The position numbers and the translations under genes are program-made. Below the pieces are notes generated by a model that saw only the letters and a program-made list of their open reading frames with translations, was not told the origin of the DNA and did no database searches. DNA of 64,000 nucleotides from Glycera tridactyla (lineage: Eukaryota), in NCBI GenBank assembly GCA_965644265.1, contig OZ286466.1:39866001-39930000 (forward strand), read 5' to 3'. Positions 7,602-20,971 of this stretch are shown here, piece by piece; within the stretch, counting starts at the first letter, position 1, and each line of letters starts with the position of its first letter.

Positions 7602-10529
7602 ATGCCTGGACAAACCACAACAAAGCAACCACCTAAAGAATCAATTAAAAGATCTACAATAGAATTGAATACGACATGTGATATATCAAAATTTAAAGGA
7701 TTTAAGATAGCACATCTGAACATTCGTAGTATTATGAATAAAATTGATGATATTAGGCTAATCCTTCTACAATCCAATATAGATGTATTGGTACTGTCTG
7801 AAACCTTTTTAACTAGTATTATTAATGATTCACAAGTTCAGATTCCTGGATATTATACCATAAGAGCTGATAGAACTGCTGCAAGCATGAGGCAAAAAGG
7901 AGGAGGAATAATCGCTTATATTAGAAATGATAGAATAGTAGAACTTGTTGAAAATTCTGATATTTGCAATGTTGACATAGAAGCACTTTGGACCAAAATT
8001 GTCCTACCTGATACAAGGCCTATATTTTTAGGAATGGTCTATAGACCACCTCACGGCAATCCTTCTGTATTTATGAATTGGGTAGAGGACTCAGTGGTGG
8101 ATTTGAGTATGCAAAGAGCGTGCGATCAGATAATTATAGGTGATGTGAATATTGATTTTTCGGATGGTAAAATTAGTAAAAATTACAAAAATTGTTTGAA
8201 ATCTTGTAATTTATCCCAGCTAATTGATAAATACACAAGGATATCCACTCTTACCAGCTCTATTATTGATCATGTTATTGTAAATGATGAATGCATGTAC
8301 CACCAACATGGTGTTCTTGAAACGGGTCTATCCGACCATAGCATGGTCATTGTTGCTAGGAAAAAAATTCAGCAACCAAGAAATGATGAATTTGTTTATT
8401 TCAAAGATTACAAAAATACAAACTTTGATGCAGTAAGTGAGGATATAATAAATCATGATTGGACAGATTTCTACAGAGCAGAAGATACAGATGAATGTAC
8501 TCATTTATTTCATGAGGCAATAAACAATATTTTGGAAAAACATATACCAATGAAAAGACATAGAGTCACAGCCAATTGGCCAAAATGGTTGAATGGTGAA
8601 TATTTGGACATGGTAAAAGAAAGGCAAAAAGCTAGTAAGAACTATAGATTGTCAAAAACTACAGAAAATGAGCAGCTAAAAAAGGAGATAGTGAAGAAAT
8701 GTAAAAAATTAAAACGAAACCTTCAACGGCAGTTTATAGAAGATTCTTTTACCCAACATCTAGATAACCCCAAGAAAATGTGGCAAACCATTAATAGTTT
8801 TTGGGGTAAAGACCAATCTGCAAATAGAATATTGAAAATAGGGGAAGAATTTGAAAATGATAAAATTGCAAATAAACTCAATACATTTTTTAGCAATATA
8901 GGGGTGGACCTTAGTAGAAAAATACCAGACGATGGGATAGATCCTCTTGAGGATTTTCCAATTTCAAATCATGATAATTTGATCCTGAAGGAGACATGTG
9001 AAGAATGGGTATGTAAATTGATATCAAAATTATCTCCTTCAAAATCAGGCAGAGATGATGGTCTTCCAGTGAAAATTGTTAAATCTTGTGCAACTGCATT
9101 ATCTCCTTTGCTAACGCGTATATTTAATTTAAGTATCTCAACAGGAGTTTTTCCAACATATTGGAAGATTGCCACGATTATTCCGTTGTATAAAGAAGGT
9201 TCTCGCTCTGTAGAAGCTAATTATCGTCCTATTAGCCTGTTAAGTACTGTTAGCAAATTATTAGAAAAAGTCGTACATCAACAGGTTGCTGGATTTTTTG
9301 AATGCCATGGTCTACTGTGTCGAGAACAATCAGGTTTCAGGGGAGGGTGCTCCACTGGCACATGTTTATTAGAGTTTTTAGATAAGATATACTACAATAT
9401 TGAAAACGGCCTGGCCAGTGGGGTGCTCTTCTTGGATTTAAAGAAGGCTTTCGACACGGTGGACCATGCTATTCTATTAAGTAAATTAAAATCATATGGT
9501 GGTGATGACATATGTGTAAATTGGTTTAAAAGTTATTTGTATGATAGAAGATGTCAGGTGAAAGTTAATAATGTGATGTCATCTGAACATTATACGCGCT
9601 GCGGTGTACCTCAGGGTTCGATACTGGGCCCTCTCCTGTTCACGATATATGTGAACGATGTTGCACATCACATGAGAGGGTCCAGTATCAGCCTATATGC
9701 AGATGACACTGCGATACTAGTGAGTGATCATGATCCAAAAAATCTCAAAGCAAAATTAACAAATTCTCTAGTGGATGTGAGCAAATGGCTGCAACGAAAT
9801 AAGTTGAGCTTGAATTTAAAGAAAACCAAAGTTATCTGTTTTGGAACAAGAACACATTTACAAAATTGTAATTTTAATATAGTTATTAATAATTATGAAA
9901 TTGAAAAGGTGGATCACTTCAAGTATTTAGGTGTCATATTAGATAGTTCACTAAAATTTTCACAACATGCTGAACATATGAGGACAAAAACATTGGGAAG
10001 GGTGGGTGTACTTGGGAGACTCAGGGGTGTATTGAATAAAAATACAACACTGATGCTCTACAAGTCACTCATTCTTCCCATTTTCGATTATTGTGATATC
10101 GTCTATGACAGCCTAGGGGTGGCGGACTCTATGAAATTGCAAAGAGTGCAAAATAAGGCCTTCAGAATCATAACTATGAGCAATTGGACAAGGAGTAGTA
10201 ATTCTACACATGAAGATTTGGATATGCCTTTCCTGGACTGCCGTAGACGATATCACACTATAGTACATGCAAATAATATTATAATGAATCAAGTACCGTC
10301 ACAGTATGAGAAACTATGTACTTTGTCAGTCCCTGCCCATGATTATGAGACACGATATCACGAGAAACCGTATATTCAAATGCAATTTTCATCTAGAAAG
10401 CAAACAGAAGGATCTTTTAGATATAGAGCTTGTAGGTATTGGAATGAGTGTGTCAACAAGTGTGCTGATTTTGGACCGTTGGAATCAGAACAGTTTAAAA
10501 TTAAGCTGAAAAATTTCATGCATATTTGA
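7602..10529 (+). CDS. LINE ORF2: APE endonuclease + reverse transcriptase (975 aa, uninterrupted)
   Basis: APE motifs HLNIRS, LSETFL, YRPP, GDVN, IDHV and SDH. RT motifs NYRPISLL, QSGFR, FLDLKKAFDTVDH, GVPQGSILGPLLF, YADD and YLGV; C-terminal SFRYRACRYWN. Confidence 0.97.
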   Translation: MPGQTTTKQPPKESIKRSTIELNTTCDISKFKGFKIAHLNIRSIMNKIDDIRLILLQSNIDVLVLSETFLTSIINDSQVQIPGYYTIRADRTAASMRQKGGGIIAYIRNDRIVELVENSDICNVDIEALWTKIVLPDTRPIFLGMVYRPPHGNPSVFMNWVEDSVVDLSMQRACDQIIIGDVNIDFSDGKISKNYKNCLKSCNLSQLIDKYTRISTLTSSIIDHVIVNDECMYHQHGVLETGLSDHSMVIVARKKIQQPRNDEFVYFKDYKNTNFDAVSEDIINHDWTDFYRAEDTDECTHLFHEAINNILEKHIPMKRHRVTANWPKWLNGEYLDMVKERQKASKNYRLSKTTENEQLKKEIVKKCKKLKRNLQRQFIEDSFTQHLDNPKKMWQTINSFWGKDQSANRILKIGEEFENDKIANKLNTFFSNIGVDLSRKIPDDGIDPLEDFPISNHDNLILKETCEEWVCKLISKLSPSKSGRDDGLPVKIVKSCATALSPLLTRIFNLSISTGVFPTYWKIATIIPLYKEGSRSVEANYRPISLLSTVSKLLEKVVHQQVAGFFECHGLLCREQSGFRGGCSTGTCLLEFLDKIYYNIENGLASGVLFLDLKKAFDTVDHAILLSKLKSYGGDDICVNWFKSYLYDRRCQVKVNNVMSSEHYTRCGVPQGSILGPLLFTIYVNDVAHHMRGSSISLYADDTAILVSDHDPKNLKAKLTNSLVDVSKWLQRNKLSLNLKKTKVICFGTRTHLQNCNFNIVINNYEIEKVDHFKYLGVILDSSLKFSQHAEHMRTKTLGRVGVLGRLRGVLNKNTTLMLYKSLILPIFDYCDIVYDSLGVADSMKLQRVQNKAFRIITMSNWTRSSNSTHEDLDMPFLDCRRRYHTIVHANNIIMNQVPSQYEKLCTLSVPAHDYETRYHEKPYIQMQFSSRKQTEGSFRYRACRYWNECVNKCADFGPLESEQFKIKLKNFMHI

Positions 10530-10558
10530 TTGATATCGAAAGACCCTATGCTTGGATT

Positions 10559-10612
10559 TTGAATTTGATTTTGAATTTGTTTTTGAATTTGTTTTTGAAT
10601 TTGTTCTTGAAT
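10559..10612 (+). repeat. 12-bp tandem repeat (ttgaatttgttt x4.5) in the LINE 3' UTR
   Basis: Read directly from the sequence. Confidence 0.85.
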
Positions 10613-11619
10613 CCTAAAAAGGCTATACTTAATAATAATAATAGCAAGGTGATGTGTCAAACAGATTTTGGGAAATTTATATTTAATTCTTTCTTCTCTC
10701 ACTGTTTACTTCCTCTTCTACATCTCTCTCTTCTTTCTCTCACCAAAAGGAGCCTTATTGTTGTACAAGTGGAATAGATATCGGTAGCGTTCAACTTGTA
10801 TTATTTTGTTCAATATGAATGACTCAATTATTTCCACTTTGTTACATTTTTCTCTTTAATTTGATCGTTATTTGTGATTATGGTAATGGTGTTTGTCGAA
10901 CCGGAAACGCATCACTGATTGATGTAACTGATTACTGACAAACTGAAATAAAGAAATATCAATCAATCAATTGAGTGAACGATTCCTGTTTTAATTCATC
11001 TAATCAAAGTTGAAACTGGGTGTGAATGTGTCAAGGAGAAAATGCGCGGGACACGTATCCCGGCCGAGTGTGGCACCTTCTCATTTTACTATCTTCTACC
11101 GCGATCATATTTCCGACCGCCTGTGGTGTAACACTTACACAACATATTTATTGATCAGCTGTTGATTCAGCCCATTTCATGAGCCTCAACCATGAATGAT
11201 GCTCATGAGCTAAAATACACATGTGGGCATCTGGTAGTAACCTCACAAATCCCAGAGAGCCAAGACTTAACATGGATTAGTTACTGCGCAAATAGCAGAG
11301 GATTATCGCCCTACTTTGTTCATTTGGGTCACAAGGTTGTACGTTGAGAATACATATTATCGCTCATATCAAATGTCTCATCTTAGCACACAATCGATAC
11401 CGGGCAGTTGCTTCGAATTCTAACGCCCACATGATTTCGTGGCAGAGAGCTACTCACCTAGCAGAGTATAGCCGGATCTGTGTGATAGGTTTGGGAAAAA
11501 GCGGAGAAAGAAGTCGAACCTTCAACCCGAAACTTCGAAACAACGCCATGTTGGTTTTATAGTAAGTAAGTGTTGACGAGATACGCCAGATGGCGACACC
11601 AACTCGTGGTTACCATATA

Positions 11620-12180
11620 CAAAAAGATATTCGTATCTTTCTGATAGCATCAAAAAGCAGGAGCAAGCACAGCGAAACTCAGCTAGATACGTCATGAGCG
11701 ACTACGACAGAAATAGCAGTGTAACAACCATGCTGCTCGAGCTCAAGTGGGAACCCCTGGAAGAGAGGAGAAAGCCGAGCCGACTTGTAATACATATATC
11801 GCATAATGGCTCACCTCGTTGACATCAACTGGCGTGCCTTCATCTCAATGGCAAACTCCACAACAAGAGGACATGATTCTCGCCCCCTACACTGTAGGCT
11901 ACAGCCACATTGCAACACCCAGGCATATGCGAACTCATTTTGTCCATGCACCATCAGGGACTGGAACAGCCTGGAGATAGACCTGCTGCTCTCTCCATCC
12001 ATTGATACATTCTGAGCCTCAATGAAGCAGCGTCACGCCTAGACTGTACCCATCATGTTTTTAATGTGCACTGTACATACAAACTACCCCCTTTTCATGT
12101 GTCTCCTGAACCGTGGATGCACACTCGTCGCAGTGTGTTGGTCCTCAACCATTGAGGTCGCACTTTTTTGGAAGAAGATC
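11620..12180 (+). mobile_element. 5'-truncated, frameshifted 3' fragment of another LINE (RTEX/L2-like C-terminus)
   Basis: Translates to QRNSARYVMSDYDRNSSVTTMLLELKWEPLEERR and TRGH...YANSFCPCTIRDWNSL, typical ORF2 C-terminal motifs. Confidence 0.75.
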
Positions 12181-12284
12181 AAGTTCGAAGTCCCATACAC
12201 ATCACTTGCAACTTGTGTTACAAGACATGGGCTCAAACAAACGGAATGAAATACTCATTCATGACAATCAGAAATTAGTGATAA

Positions 12285-13560
12285 TAGAATAGAATAGAAG
12301 GTTTGGGCTCAGTAGGAGTAAAAGTCCAAGTGAGCCGCTCTTCGTGAGATTCTAGACGACCAACATCTCTAGCTGTAGCAGGTTGTCCAGTGCTCTGTAG
12401 TCGGACTCGATGGGATGGCCCTTGAAAAGCTCATCCAGTCTCCCTTTGAATGAGCCTATCCTGGGAGCTGTCACTACTTCTGTTAGCGCATTCCACCATG
12501 TTACATAATGATTGCTGAAAAAGAGTTTTTTGGTTGTTCTTACACTGCGTTTTTCCAGTCGATAATAAACAAGGTTGGTTAGTCCTAGATGCCACAGTCA
12601 TAGGATAGGTTGCCTAGTCCTGGAACCCGATTTGTTGATCTCCTCTGAACCTTCTCAATTGTGTCTGCAAGTTTCCATGGATGTTGTGACTATATGGGGT
12701 TGCATATTCCAGCTTGGGTCTGATCATAGACTTGTACAATAACCTAAACACTTCCTTGTCCACAAATTCAAAGGACCACCACATCAAGCCTGCAGTCTGA
12801 TTGGCCTTCCCCCACATTACTTCAATGTGGACTTCAAAGGATAGATCTTTGTCAATCAGGACTCCTACTTCTTTTTCCTGATCTTTGAATTTGAGGGTGA
12901 ACAGTCTTCCTATATCTACCATACTGTATGCTGCATCTGGATGTCCTGTATTGAAACATGCCACTGTGCATTTATCCGGGTGGAAACTCAACTGCTACTT
13001 TATTACCCATTCCTGTGAAGCTGTAAGGTCTTCTTGCAATGTCCCACATTCACTATTTGTACCAACGGGTCTGTAAAGCTTGGTGTTATGACCAAACATT
13101 TTCAGATTTAATTTCACCACTTCTGGCATATCATTTACAAATATGGCATACAGTACTGGTCCAAGTACACTACCCTGGGGTACACGACTGGTGACATTTG
13201 CCCATTTGGATAGTGATCCATCCACATTCACCAGTTGTTTCCAATCAGTCAAGGATAACTTGATCCAGTTGAGCATTCTTCCTTTTATGCCATAGCTTTC
13301 ACCTTTTTTCAAAAGCCTCTGTATCGGCACCGAGTCGAATGCATTGTTGAAATCCAAATACATAATGTCAATAGGAATGTCCTCGTCTAACCACTGTCCA
13401 TTGTTCCAAACGCAGCAGTGTCTCTGTGACTGTTGAACTTTTGGGGAGGAAGCCATGTTGCTGTTTGACGAAGAGGTCATTTTCCTCCGCATGTTTGACA
13501 ATCTCATCTCGAATGATACCTTCAACGAGATTTCCATAGATAATGCGCATTTTTATACCG
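12285..13560 (-). mobile_element. Decayed CR1-clade LINE 3' fragment (RT domain to tail)
   Basis: QQHGF, YLDFNNAFDSVP, VPQGSVLGPVL, FHPDKC and YKSMIRPKLEY in shifted frames; (TTCTA)n tail on the minus strand at ~12285-12300. Confidence 0.88.
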
Positions 13561-13599
13561 TAATTTCATAATAGTGGAGAGCCACTTGATGAGGTCCAG

Positions 13600-13900
13600 G
13601 TCTAGCTCAGGTAATAACTGTCAGTGAGCAAGCTCATCGTACCAGCGGATCTGCCGGTATATCACACCAGCTGGCTCTTGAAACTCTTGACAGAGTCAAC
13701 CGCCGTCACTGACCTGGGTAGATCGTTGGAATCTTTGAAGGTCGTCAAATATATATATATATATATACCGAGAAAGGTTTCAGTACGCCTGTTCCCCTCT
13801 GTGCTCACGTAGCTTGTGCCAGTGTGATGCCCTTCATATATTTTCAATGTTCTGAAGACCCAAAGTACACGCAGATAGAGCTACCTTCTCACGCAAAATA
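13600..13900 (-). mobile_element. Short LINE 3' fragment interrupted by (TA)n
   Basis: NDLPRSVTAVDSVKSFKSQL matches the conserved WNxLP...S..SFK..L ending of ORF2. Confidence 0.55.
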
Positions 13901-15249
13901 TTATTCATGAGGCTTTCAGCTTCCAACTGAGGTCCTGTGTCTTTTATGAGACCCCCACCTGCCCACTACCCCCCCCCCCCCAACACTCTTGCCACAGACC
14001 CGCTGATTGCCTCGTTCTGGGTCCTTCCCCTGTAAGGCTATTTGGACTTTTTATGGCATGGGCCTCAAATAGAACATACATTTCCCGGCATTTATCTTAT
14101 TGATATAAAACGTAAGCAGTTTATTTTAGGTCCTGGGGGAACCCTTGAGATTACTCCTTGAAAACATGAGTCTTCTATAACAATTGTCTGATGTTTTGGT
14201 GATATGATCTGAAAACAATATTCCACAAACACACAAGAATCAAGGCGAAAAGCACTAATATCTGTTGCCTGTGTATGCTTGTAGGTAGACGTGTGGCTGA
14301 TGTGTAAATGACTGTCAGATATGTAATGAGATGGAATAATATTGTGATACACTGCCCCGGAACTTCTGTTTGTTCATATTTATAAGTTGGTCTTTCCAAA
14401 CATGATCAGAGTGAGCTGTCAGAACACCAAGTCAACATCATTGAGGGTTCTAAGGTGAACTTCAAGCCACCCCGCCAAATCGGCTCATTCAGCAATATAG
14501 CACAGACATCGCTGGCAAGACACTTGCTGGAATTTTGTCAACTTCTCTTATCTGAACCAAAATCCAACAGGATACCTGAACTGAGATTCTTCTTTGCAGG
14601 CCCAAGGATTCAAAAACTACCCACATAAGAACGGTGTTCATGTACTAGCCCGATGAGGTAAATGTCGTCCGTTTCGTGACGGAAGGCTTCAAACATTTTA
14701 CCAGATAACTTATTGTGAGGAGTGTTGAGTTTTTGAAATAATTCGCACTGATTGATCTTGTGGTTATGACAATAGCCGTTATGTATTCGCTGAAATGATA
14801 AATTGAGCTGGGATAACCGACTTCAAATTTCAGGGTCAGAAAATTAAACACCACAATCAAGCAAGCCTACCTACGACGCAGGGAGTACACGGGATAGGTG
14901 GGGAAATATTTCATCAAATTCAACCCCCAGTATTCCCTCGTCGGTATTTGAAAAAAAATCCAGGCTATTCCTGATAGTCATTCTCGCTACTTGGAGCATG
15001 AATATCCTTTAGAGGATCATGTTTTGAAACATTTACAACCAGCACCTGTTCATCTGTATCCACGCATATTGCACTGGACCAGAGCAGTCATTGCCGGGAT
15101 TTCCACCTGCCTGCATCATGCCCTTATCATGCGGATGCTGATTTAGCAAAGCCACGCGCACTAACTACATCTTGAACCACTACTGCATATTTCTAGCTGT
15201 AGTCTAAGTTCTACCATGGATAGCAACTTATTGAGATAGGAATTAACGT

Positions 15250-16190
15250 TCCTACTGCTCGCTCATGTATGCAATAAAGATATAACAGGGGAAACCTTGG
15301 TTTCGAATATCAGTACCAAAGACTCCCATAGTACTTGCCGCAAATTAAATTGTCGGCGGAACTTTAAACTTCATCAATTCCATATTTTTATGCCTCTCCA
15401 GTTTGTGTTCTCTCATTTTCAACGTCTGGGCATCTTATACCTCTGTTGGTATCCATTCTCCCGTCGGGTGAATTTCACTGGGGTGGTATGTACAATGATG
15501 AGAGTTGGTTATTGTTGGTGAACCAATCTTCAATCACTCACCAGGTTATGGATATCAAAACCAAGATAACTTTGACCTCTATGTTTGTGTGTCTCATTCC
15601 CAGAAATTGTCGTACTCACTCCAAAGCACGAATCTTTTTTGTACCTCACCAGATATCGATTCAATGTCAATTAACCTTTTCAAATGGCAGGGTTTCAATA
15701 GAGAGATTTAGTGACTGGTTCCTCCCAGAATACTGTCAACTGCAACATCGTCTTACATCTGTGACTATTCACGTATGGTTTATTTGCACGTACCCATTTT
15801 GATATATCCAACATGTCTGGTTGAAATCTAGTTTGAATTTCTCTTATGCTGTTCCTATATCTTGAACGATGTATATCATAGTTTGACCTGCATAAAGAGA
15901 TACTTGACTGTGATTTGTCATCTTTCTCATATCATCAATATATAGCCTAACAACATAGGTTCCAGTATCGACCCCTTGGATACTCCTACTTGGACCTTGC
16001 TTTCATCAGATCCAGTTCCATTAACTCTTGTGCGATGGAAATGATCTGTCAAACTTGAACTGAACCATGCGATCATTCGCTCTAGTAAACCGATTTTCCT
16101 GACCTTTTTTTAAAGTTGGATATTGCCAACCATGTCGAATGCCTTCCCGGAAATGAGAAACACCCGCCCCACCGCATTACCAGCGCCAAC
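15250..16190 (-). mobile_element. Strongly decayed Crack/L2-like RT fragment
   Basis: Minus strand gives KAFDMV, MIAWFSSSL..RTRVNG, GVSKGSILEP, YIDD..QVSLYA and, further 3', RGIKIWN. Confidence 0.65.
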
Positions 16191-17137
16191 ATCCCAGTAT
16201 AGATTGGACTTCAAGTATTGCGTTGATTGATGAGTGGTGAATTCGTTATTTACAGGTCATTACCTACATGAAATGATTCGCCTGATGTACGCTGCTCTTT
16301 CCACTGATAGGATATCACATGATCCAGTCGCAGGTTCAAACTTGTATATATCCTATTTCGATATATGTTATAGGATTCCGAAAACATTAATTTCCACATT
16401 GGATTGTCGTATACCTGACATCCATAAGCATACGCAATGTATAACTAGGTCACATTTGAATAGAATAGAATAGAATAGAAAATGCTCTTATTTTTTCTCG
16501 CAAAGTACAAAATACAATGTTACAGTTAGCCTCGGGGAGGCTTTTTCTGGAACACGCGATATGTTGGAAGCTTATAGTGAACACAATACATATATGCAAT
16601 ATAGTATCTAAACATTTTAATGGCTTCTCATCGCTCCTATAGAAGGTAGCAGATCCATCAGAGTAATCCAATGTATTGACAAAAAGTGGTTGTTGTGTGG
16701 CGACGTCCACTTCCTGTTCTCATCAATACTATAGACATCTCTGTCAATGAGAGATATCACTCCACGTGCTTTCCAACAATCAATATGTTATATTCAACTT
16801 GATAATTGATTCCTATCGTCGAATGTGAAACTTGAAATGCCCAAATTTAATTATACGCGTCATACGCTTGACCTACAACTAGCACAGTAGCAGCTCCACC
16901 GCGCCAAGCCACCTCTGTGGAGGAGGGAGGCACCTGAATATACCATGAGGGCANNNNNNNNNNNNNNNNNNNNNNNNNNNNNNNNNNNNNNNNNNNNNNN
17001 NNNNNNNNNNNNNNNNNNNNNNNNNNNNNNNNNNNNNNNNNNNNNNNNNNNNNNNNNNNNNNNNNNNNNNNNNNNNNNNNNNNNNNNNNNNNNNNNNNNN
17101 NNNNNNNNNNNNNNNNNNGATCATGGATTTATCACTG

Positions 17138-17502
17138 AACTCTGTCAAATCCAAATTTGGCGGGTACTGTTTCAAGCACTCCTGTCCTCATTCCTCGTTT
17201 GATTTCAGTTTTAATGGCACGAATGTATTAAGGAGGTGTTCCGACGATGATCGAATCGGGTTTCAGGGTCTCTGAGTGCTTTTGAAGAGGAGTACGCCAT
17301 ACGTAGATACGGCCGCAAAACCAGCGTGAAATTGACATATTTGGCGTTCAAAGGTGAAATATACAAGAGAAATTGGCCGTGATCACATTTCTAATCGTTG
17401 GAGATGTCGACAATGTCTGTCTGCAAGTTTCATTTAAATCTGAAGTGAATTCGCGATGCTAGGGCGAAAAACATACCCGCCACGATTAAGCTTGACAGAC
17501 TT
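17138..17502 (-). mobile_element. MITE family B, copy 1 (internally shortened)
   Basis: TIRs aactctgtcaaatcc...tggcgggtac / acatacccgccacgattaagcttgacagactt. The interior is the reverse complement of 18058-18496. Confidence 0.75.
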
Positions 17503-17694
17503 TAGCTTTCATAAACTTGGACAAATATGCATGCTTCCTTGATCTGGGTCATAAATTGTGATTTATCTATTGTATCAATCATCCGGCAAATAAAAAGGAA
17601 CTGGCATTTCCACTGAATGTCAATAGGTGTCACTCCACCCGATAGACACCTCATTAAATTGCGGATGATCTCGGTATCCTATATCTCAATTGTT

Positions 17695-17970
17695 CGTTTT
17701 TGTGATCTCCGTTGGAGATCACTATGCCACCACCTCTCTGCTCGAAATGCTTTCTAACTTCGCCGATTCTGACTCTCGAGGCTGGTATAATCAAACGAAT
17801 GTTGATTGGATCTGGGTAAAAGGATCGAATGACCTAACCTAACACATTTTTAAGATGATTTATTGATCTGATGAACGCCAAAATTCGAGGAAATGTACCG
17901 ATTACGTAATACGGAATTATCTCAACACTCGTTTTTGTGGCCGATCACCGAAGCACACAGATACAATCGC
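17695..17970 (+). repeat. Dispersed repeat, second copy at ~51475-51750
   Basis: Shared blocks cgccgattctgactctcgaggctg, aagatgatttattgatctgat and acactcgtttttgtggccgat. Confidence 0.75.
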
Positions 17971-18057
17971 TCAGAGATGTATAGCTACGCACAAATAGTA
18001 GATGCCTGAAAATCAAGCTCTTTGGGCACGCCCACTTTGATGTTGACATGTTTATTG

Positions 18058-18496
18058 AAGTCTGTCAAGCTTAATTGTGGCGGGTACGTTTTTCGCCCTA
18101 GCTTCGCGAATTCGGTTCCGATTGAAATGAAACTGTCTGACAGGCTCTGTATACATCTCCGACGACTACAAATGTAATCTCGGCCAGTTTTACTTGTATA
18201 TTTCACCTTAGAATGCCAAATATGTCAATTTCACGCTGGTTTGGCGACGTGTGCGGCGGCCGTATTCCCATTGTTTTATACACAAACAATCGCCGATAAT
18301 GCCGGCGGATTTCCTGTAAATATTCAATGAAATGATGGTGTAAGCCTCTTCAGAAGCATGCAGTCTAGTCGAACCCAGGTTCAATGATCGCTGGAAGGTC
18401 TATATATTCCAATCGCGCTATCAAAACTAAAATCGGACATAAAATGGCGAAGTTCGCGTCTGAAACGTACCCGCCACATTTGGATTTGACAGAGTT
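18058..18496 (+). mobile_element. MITE family B, copy 2 (439 bp)
   Basis: ~35-bp imperfect TIRs aagtctgtcaa...gtggcgggtacgttt / aaacgtacccgccac...ttgacagagtt. Confidence 0.8.
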
Positions 18497-20739
18497 TATG
18501 TTAGGAGCCGGGACTACTTCCGCCAAATCGTAGCTCTCTCTCTCTGTCTCTCTCTCTTTCTATAGAACTCACAGTTGGAAAGATCATATGAATGGATTCC
18601 TCGACATCCATCTGTCTTACCTCCATGCATAAATCTCGAAAAATCCGTGTTTTGGTCGATAAAGTAGTACTTCTTGTTCGCACCTCATTACCGGGTTTCA
18701 TGGATCACTGCGCTGATTCATGAATGAAGTTGTAGATAGCGTGTGTGGAACCAGCCAATCAGAGATCAGCACTCGCACAAATGCCGGCGATTCGACGAAC
18801 ATTTTGTGATGGATCATGGCCATAAGGCTCGCTCATGACTCGCCCCGGGAGGACAGTTACCTCAAATTCCTGAAGAAGGGCTTGTCACTATCAAGTCTCA
18901 CCGGAGATCACTCAGCGCAGCTTGGCGCTCTTGTTATTCTCTATCAGTTTCATGTTTAGAAATCTGTCTGGTTTTCAGCTACTACAACTTATCAAACTTC
19001 TAGACCCCCGATCATCAAGGTTCAGGGTTTGTGTGAGTGATGCTTGTCTGGAATACTTGGCTCACATAATCCCATGGTTTGATTAATGCTACTGGACCCC
19101 AACCATCCAACTAAGCTTTAGATTGTTTCACTCATCAGAGTAATATTTTATGTCTCTCTACCCCATGCAGTAATATTCAATTACCTGGTTTGGCATCCTC
19201 TGACATCCCCTGACTTGAGATAAATGAGAAAAGGAGACACGGTCGACACGGTTTGATTTACACACAATTTGACAGATTATCATCTACCCCCCCCATCCCC
19301 ACCCCCGACCCACACACACATCCCACCGCCACAACCGCGTATTCCAGTGCCACTACTTCTGGACACCCTTTCTCGAAGCAAAAAACGACAACATGGATGT
19401 ACAGTTAAGGTGTCATTTTTCTTATGGACAGTATATTCCAGCAGATAGCAGACAGCATGAGCCAACTCGATGCCGTAGATTGTGAGCAACTGGGGGTTAT
19501 ATAGTGAGTATCAGATCATCATCCTAATGTAAGTGCTTCCTTCATTGAATAAGATTGCTGTTACTTGGTCCTTCAAATATTTCATTGGTTGACTGGATGT
19601 GATAGATCATTGCTGATTGTGCTGCAGATGATATATCTATCAGTATGGAATATCCCTAAAGCACATGGGCCCCTGTTTTCGAAGCAACTGTAGACATGCG
19701 TTGCGCAACGGTGAAACATGTTATTTTGTGTCCTAGCTTCACGGCGCGCTGCCACACGCCATCAAAAGTGTCGACACATTTGGCGAGCGAGCCAACCACA
19801 TCAACCACCTGTTTAGCTTCACCTACAGGGACCTCAACCACTAGCCAATATTAACCCATGCGCAGTTTCTCTATATCGCTCTCTGCTTATCTACTTATTC
19901 CCCTCTCAGAAATAGACGACGTTAGTTGATAAGCATCTCTCTACTGTCTGTTTCTAAGTCTTCCCTGCTCCCCCTCTGCCATTCCTACTCTTTGTCGTTT
20001 TGTCTCTGTGTCTGTGCCCATGTCCTCTCCTCTGTCCTCATCTGTCCATCCATCCATCCATCCATCCATCTGTCTGTATGTATGTTTGTCTGCCTGACTC
20101 TCTACCTGTCTGTCTGTCTGTCCCTGCCTCTCCGCCCTCACAACCCCCCCCCCGTCCATGCACNNNNNNNNNNNNNNNNNNNNNNNNNNNNNNNNNNNNN
20201 NNNNNNNNNNNNNNNNNNNNNNNNNNNNNNNNNNNNNNNNNNNNNNNNNNNNNNNNNNNNNNNNNNNNNNNNNNNNNNNNNNNNNNNNNNNNNNNNNNNN
20301 NNNNNNNNNNNNNNNNNNNNNNNNNNNNNNNNNNNNNNNNNNNNNNNNNNNNNNNNNNNCATATTTTAGTTTGGAGATATTCTGAGGGTGGAAGCTAGCC
20401 AGTCAGTCAGTCAGTCATCCAGTCAGTCAGCTAGCCAGCCAGTCAGCCAGTCAGTCAGTCCGCAAGTCATGTTTGTTTTGTAAGATGTAATACAAGTGAT
20501 GATGTATTGTATGTATGAAATATGAAGAGTAGGCAAAGCCAGCTGCATCAGTCATCATCAGTTGTCCGAACGTCACCCCGTTCTCACCAGGTACTACTGA
20601 CAACCTACTCATAAACACAGCATCGTATCTATGGTAACATGTTATGTATCTCAAACACAGCGGTCTACAGGCGTTCTCGCGCTACCCCACTACTTAGTGG
20701 TTAGCCTACTCGTCAGGTGTCGGGGAGGACTGTGTTCCA

Positions 20740-20939
20740 TCACCAACAGCACCACCAGCACCAGTACCACCAACCATCACAGCGGAAACAATCACTACCT
20801 GCACCACCAGCCGCCGGCGGCTCCACCTCCCCACCTACCTTTCAAGCACTCAAGGCGACGACTACCGCCGCCACCACCACCCACAACTACTCACTAACAC
20901 CCACTCACTCCCGCCGCCGCAAACACCACCACCGCCACC

Positions 20940-20971
<32 letters not shown>

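Larger units (their letters stand above)
1868..10971 (+). mobile_element. Near full-length non-LTR retrotransposon of the CR1/L2 group (Crack/Daphne/Kiri-like); 5' boundary uncertain
   Basis: Co-oriented ORF1-like, esterase and APE-RT ORFs, then a ~430 nt 3' UTR, AATAAA (10947-10952) and an (ATCA)n tail (10958-10971). No clear TSD, as is usual for CR1/L2 elements. Confidence 0.8.
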
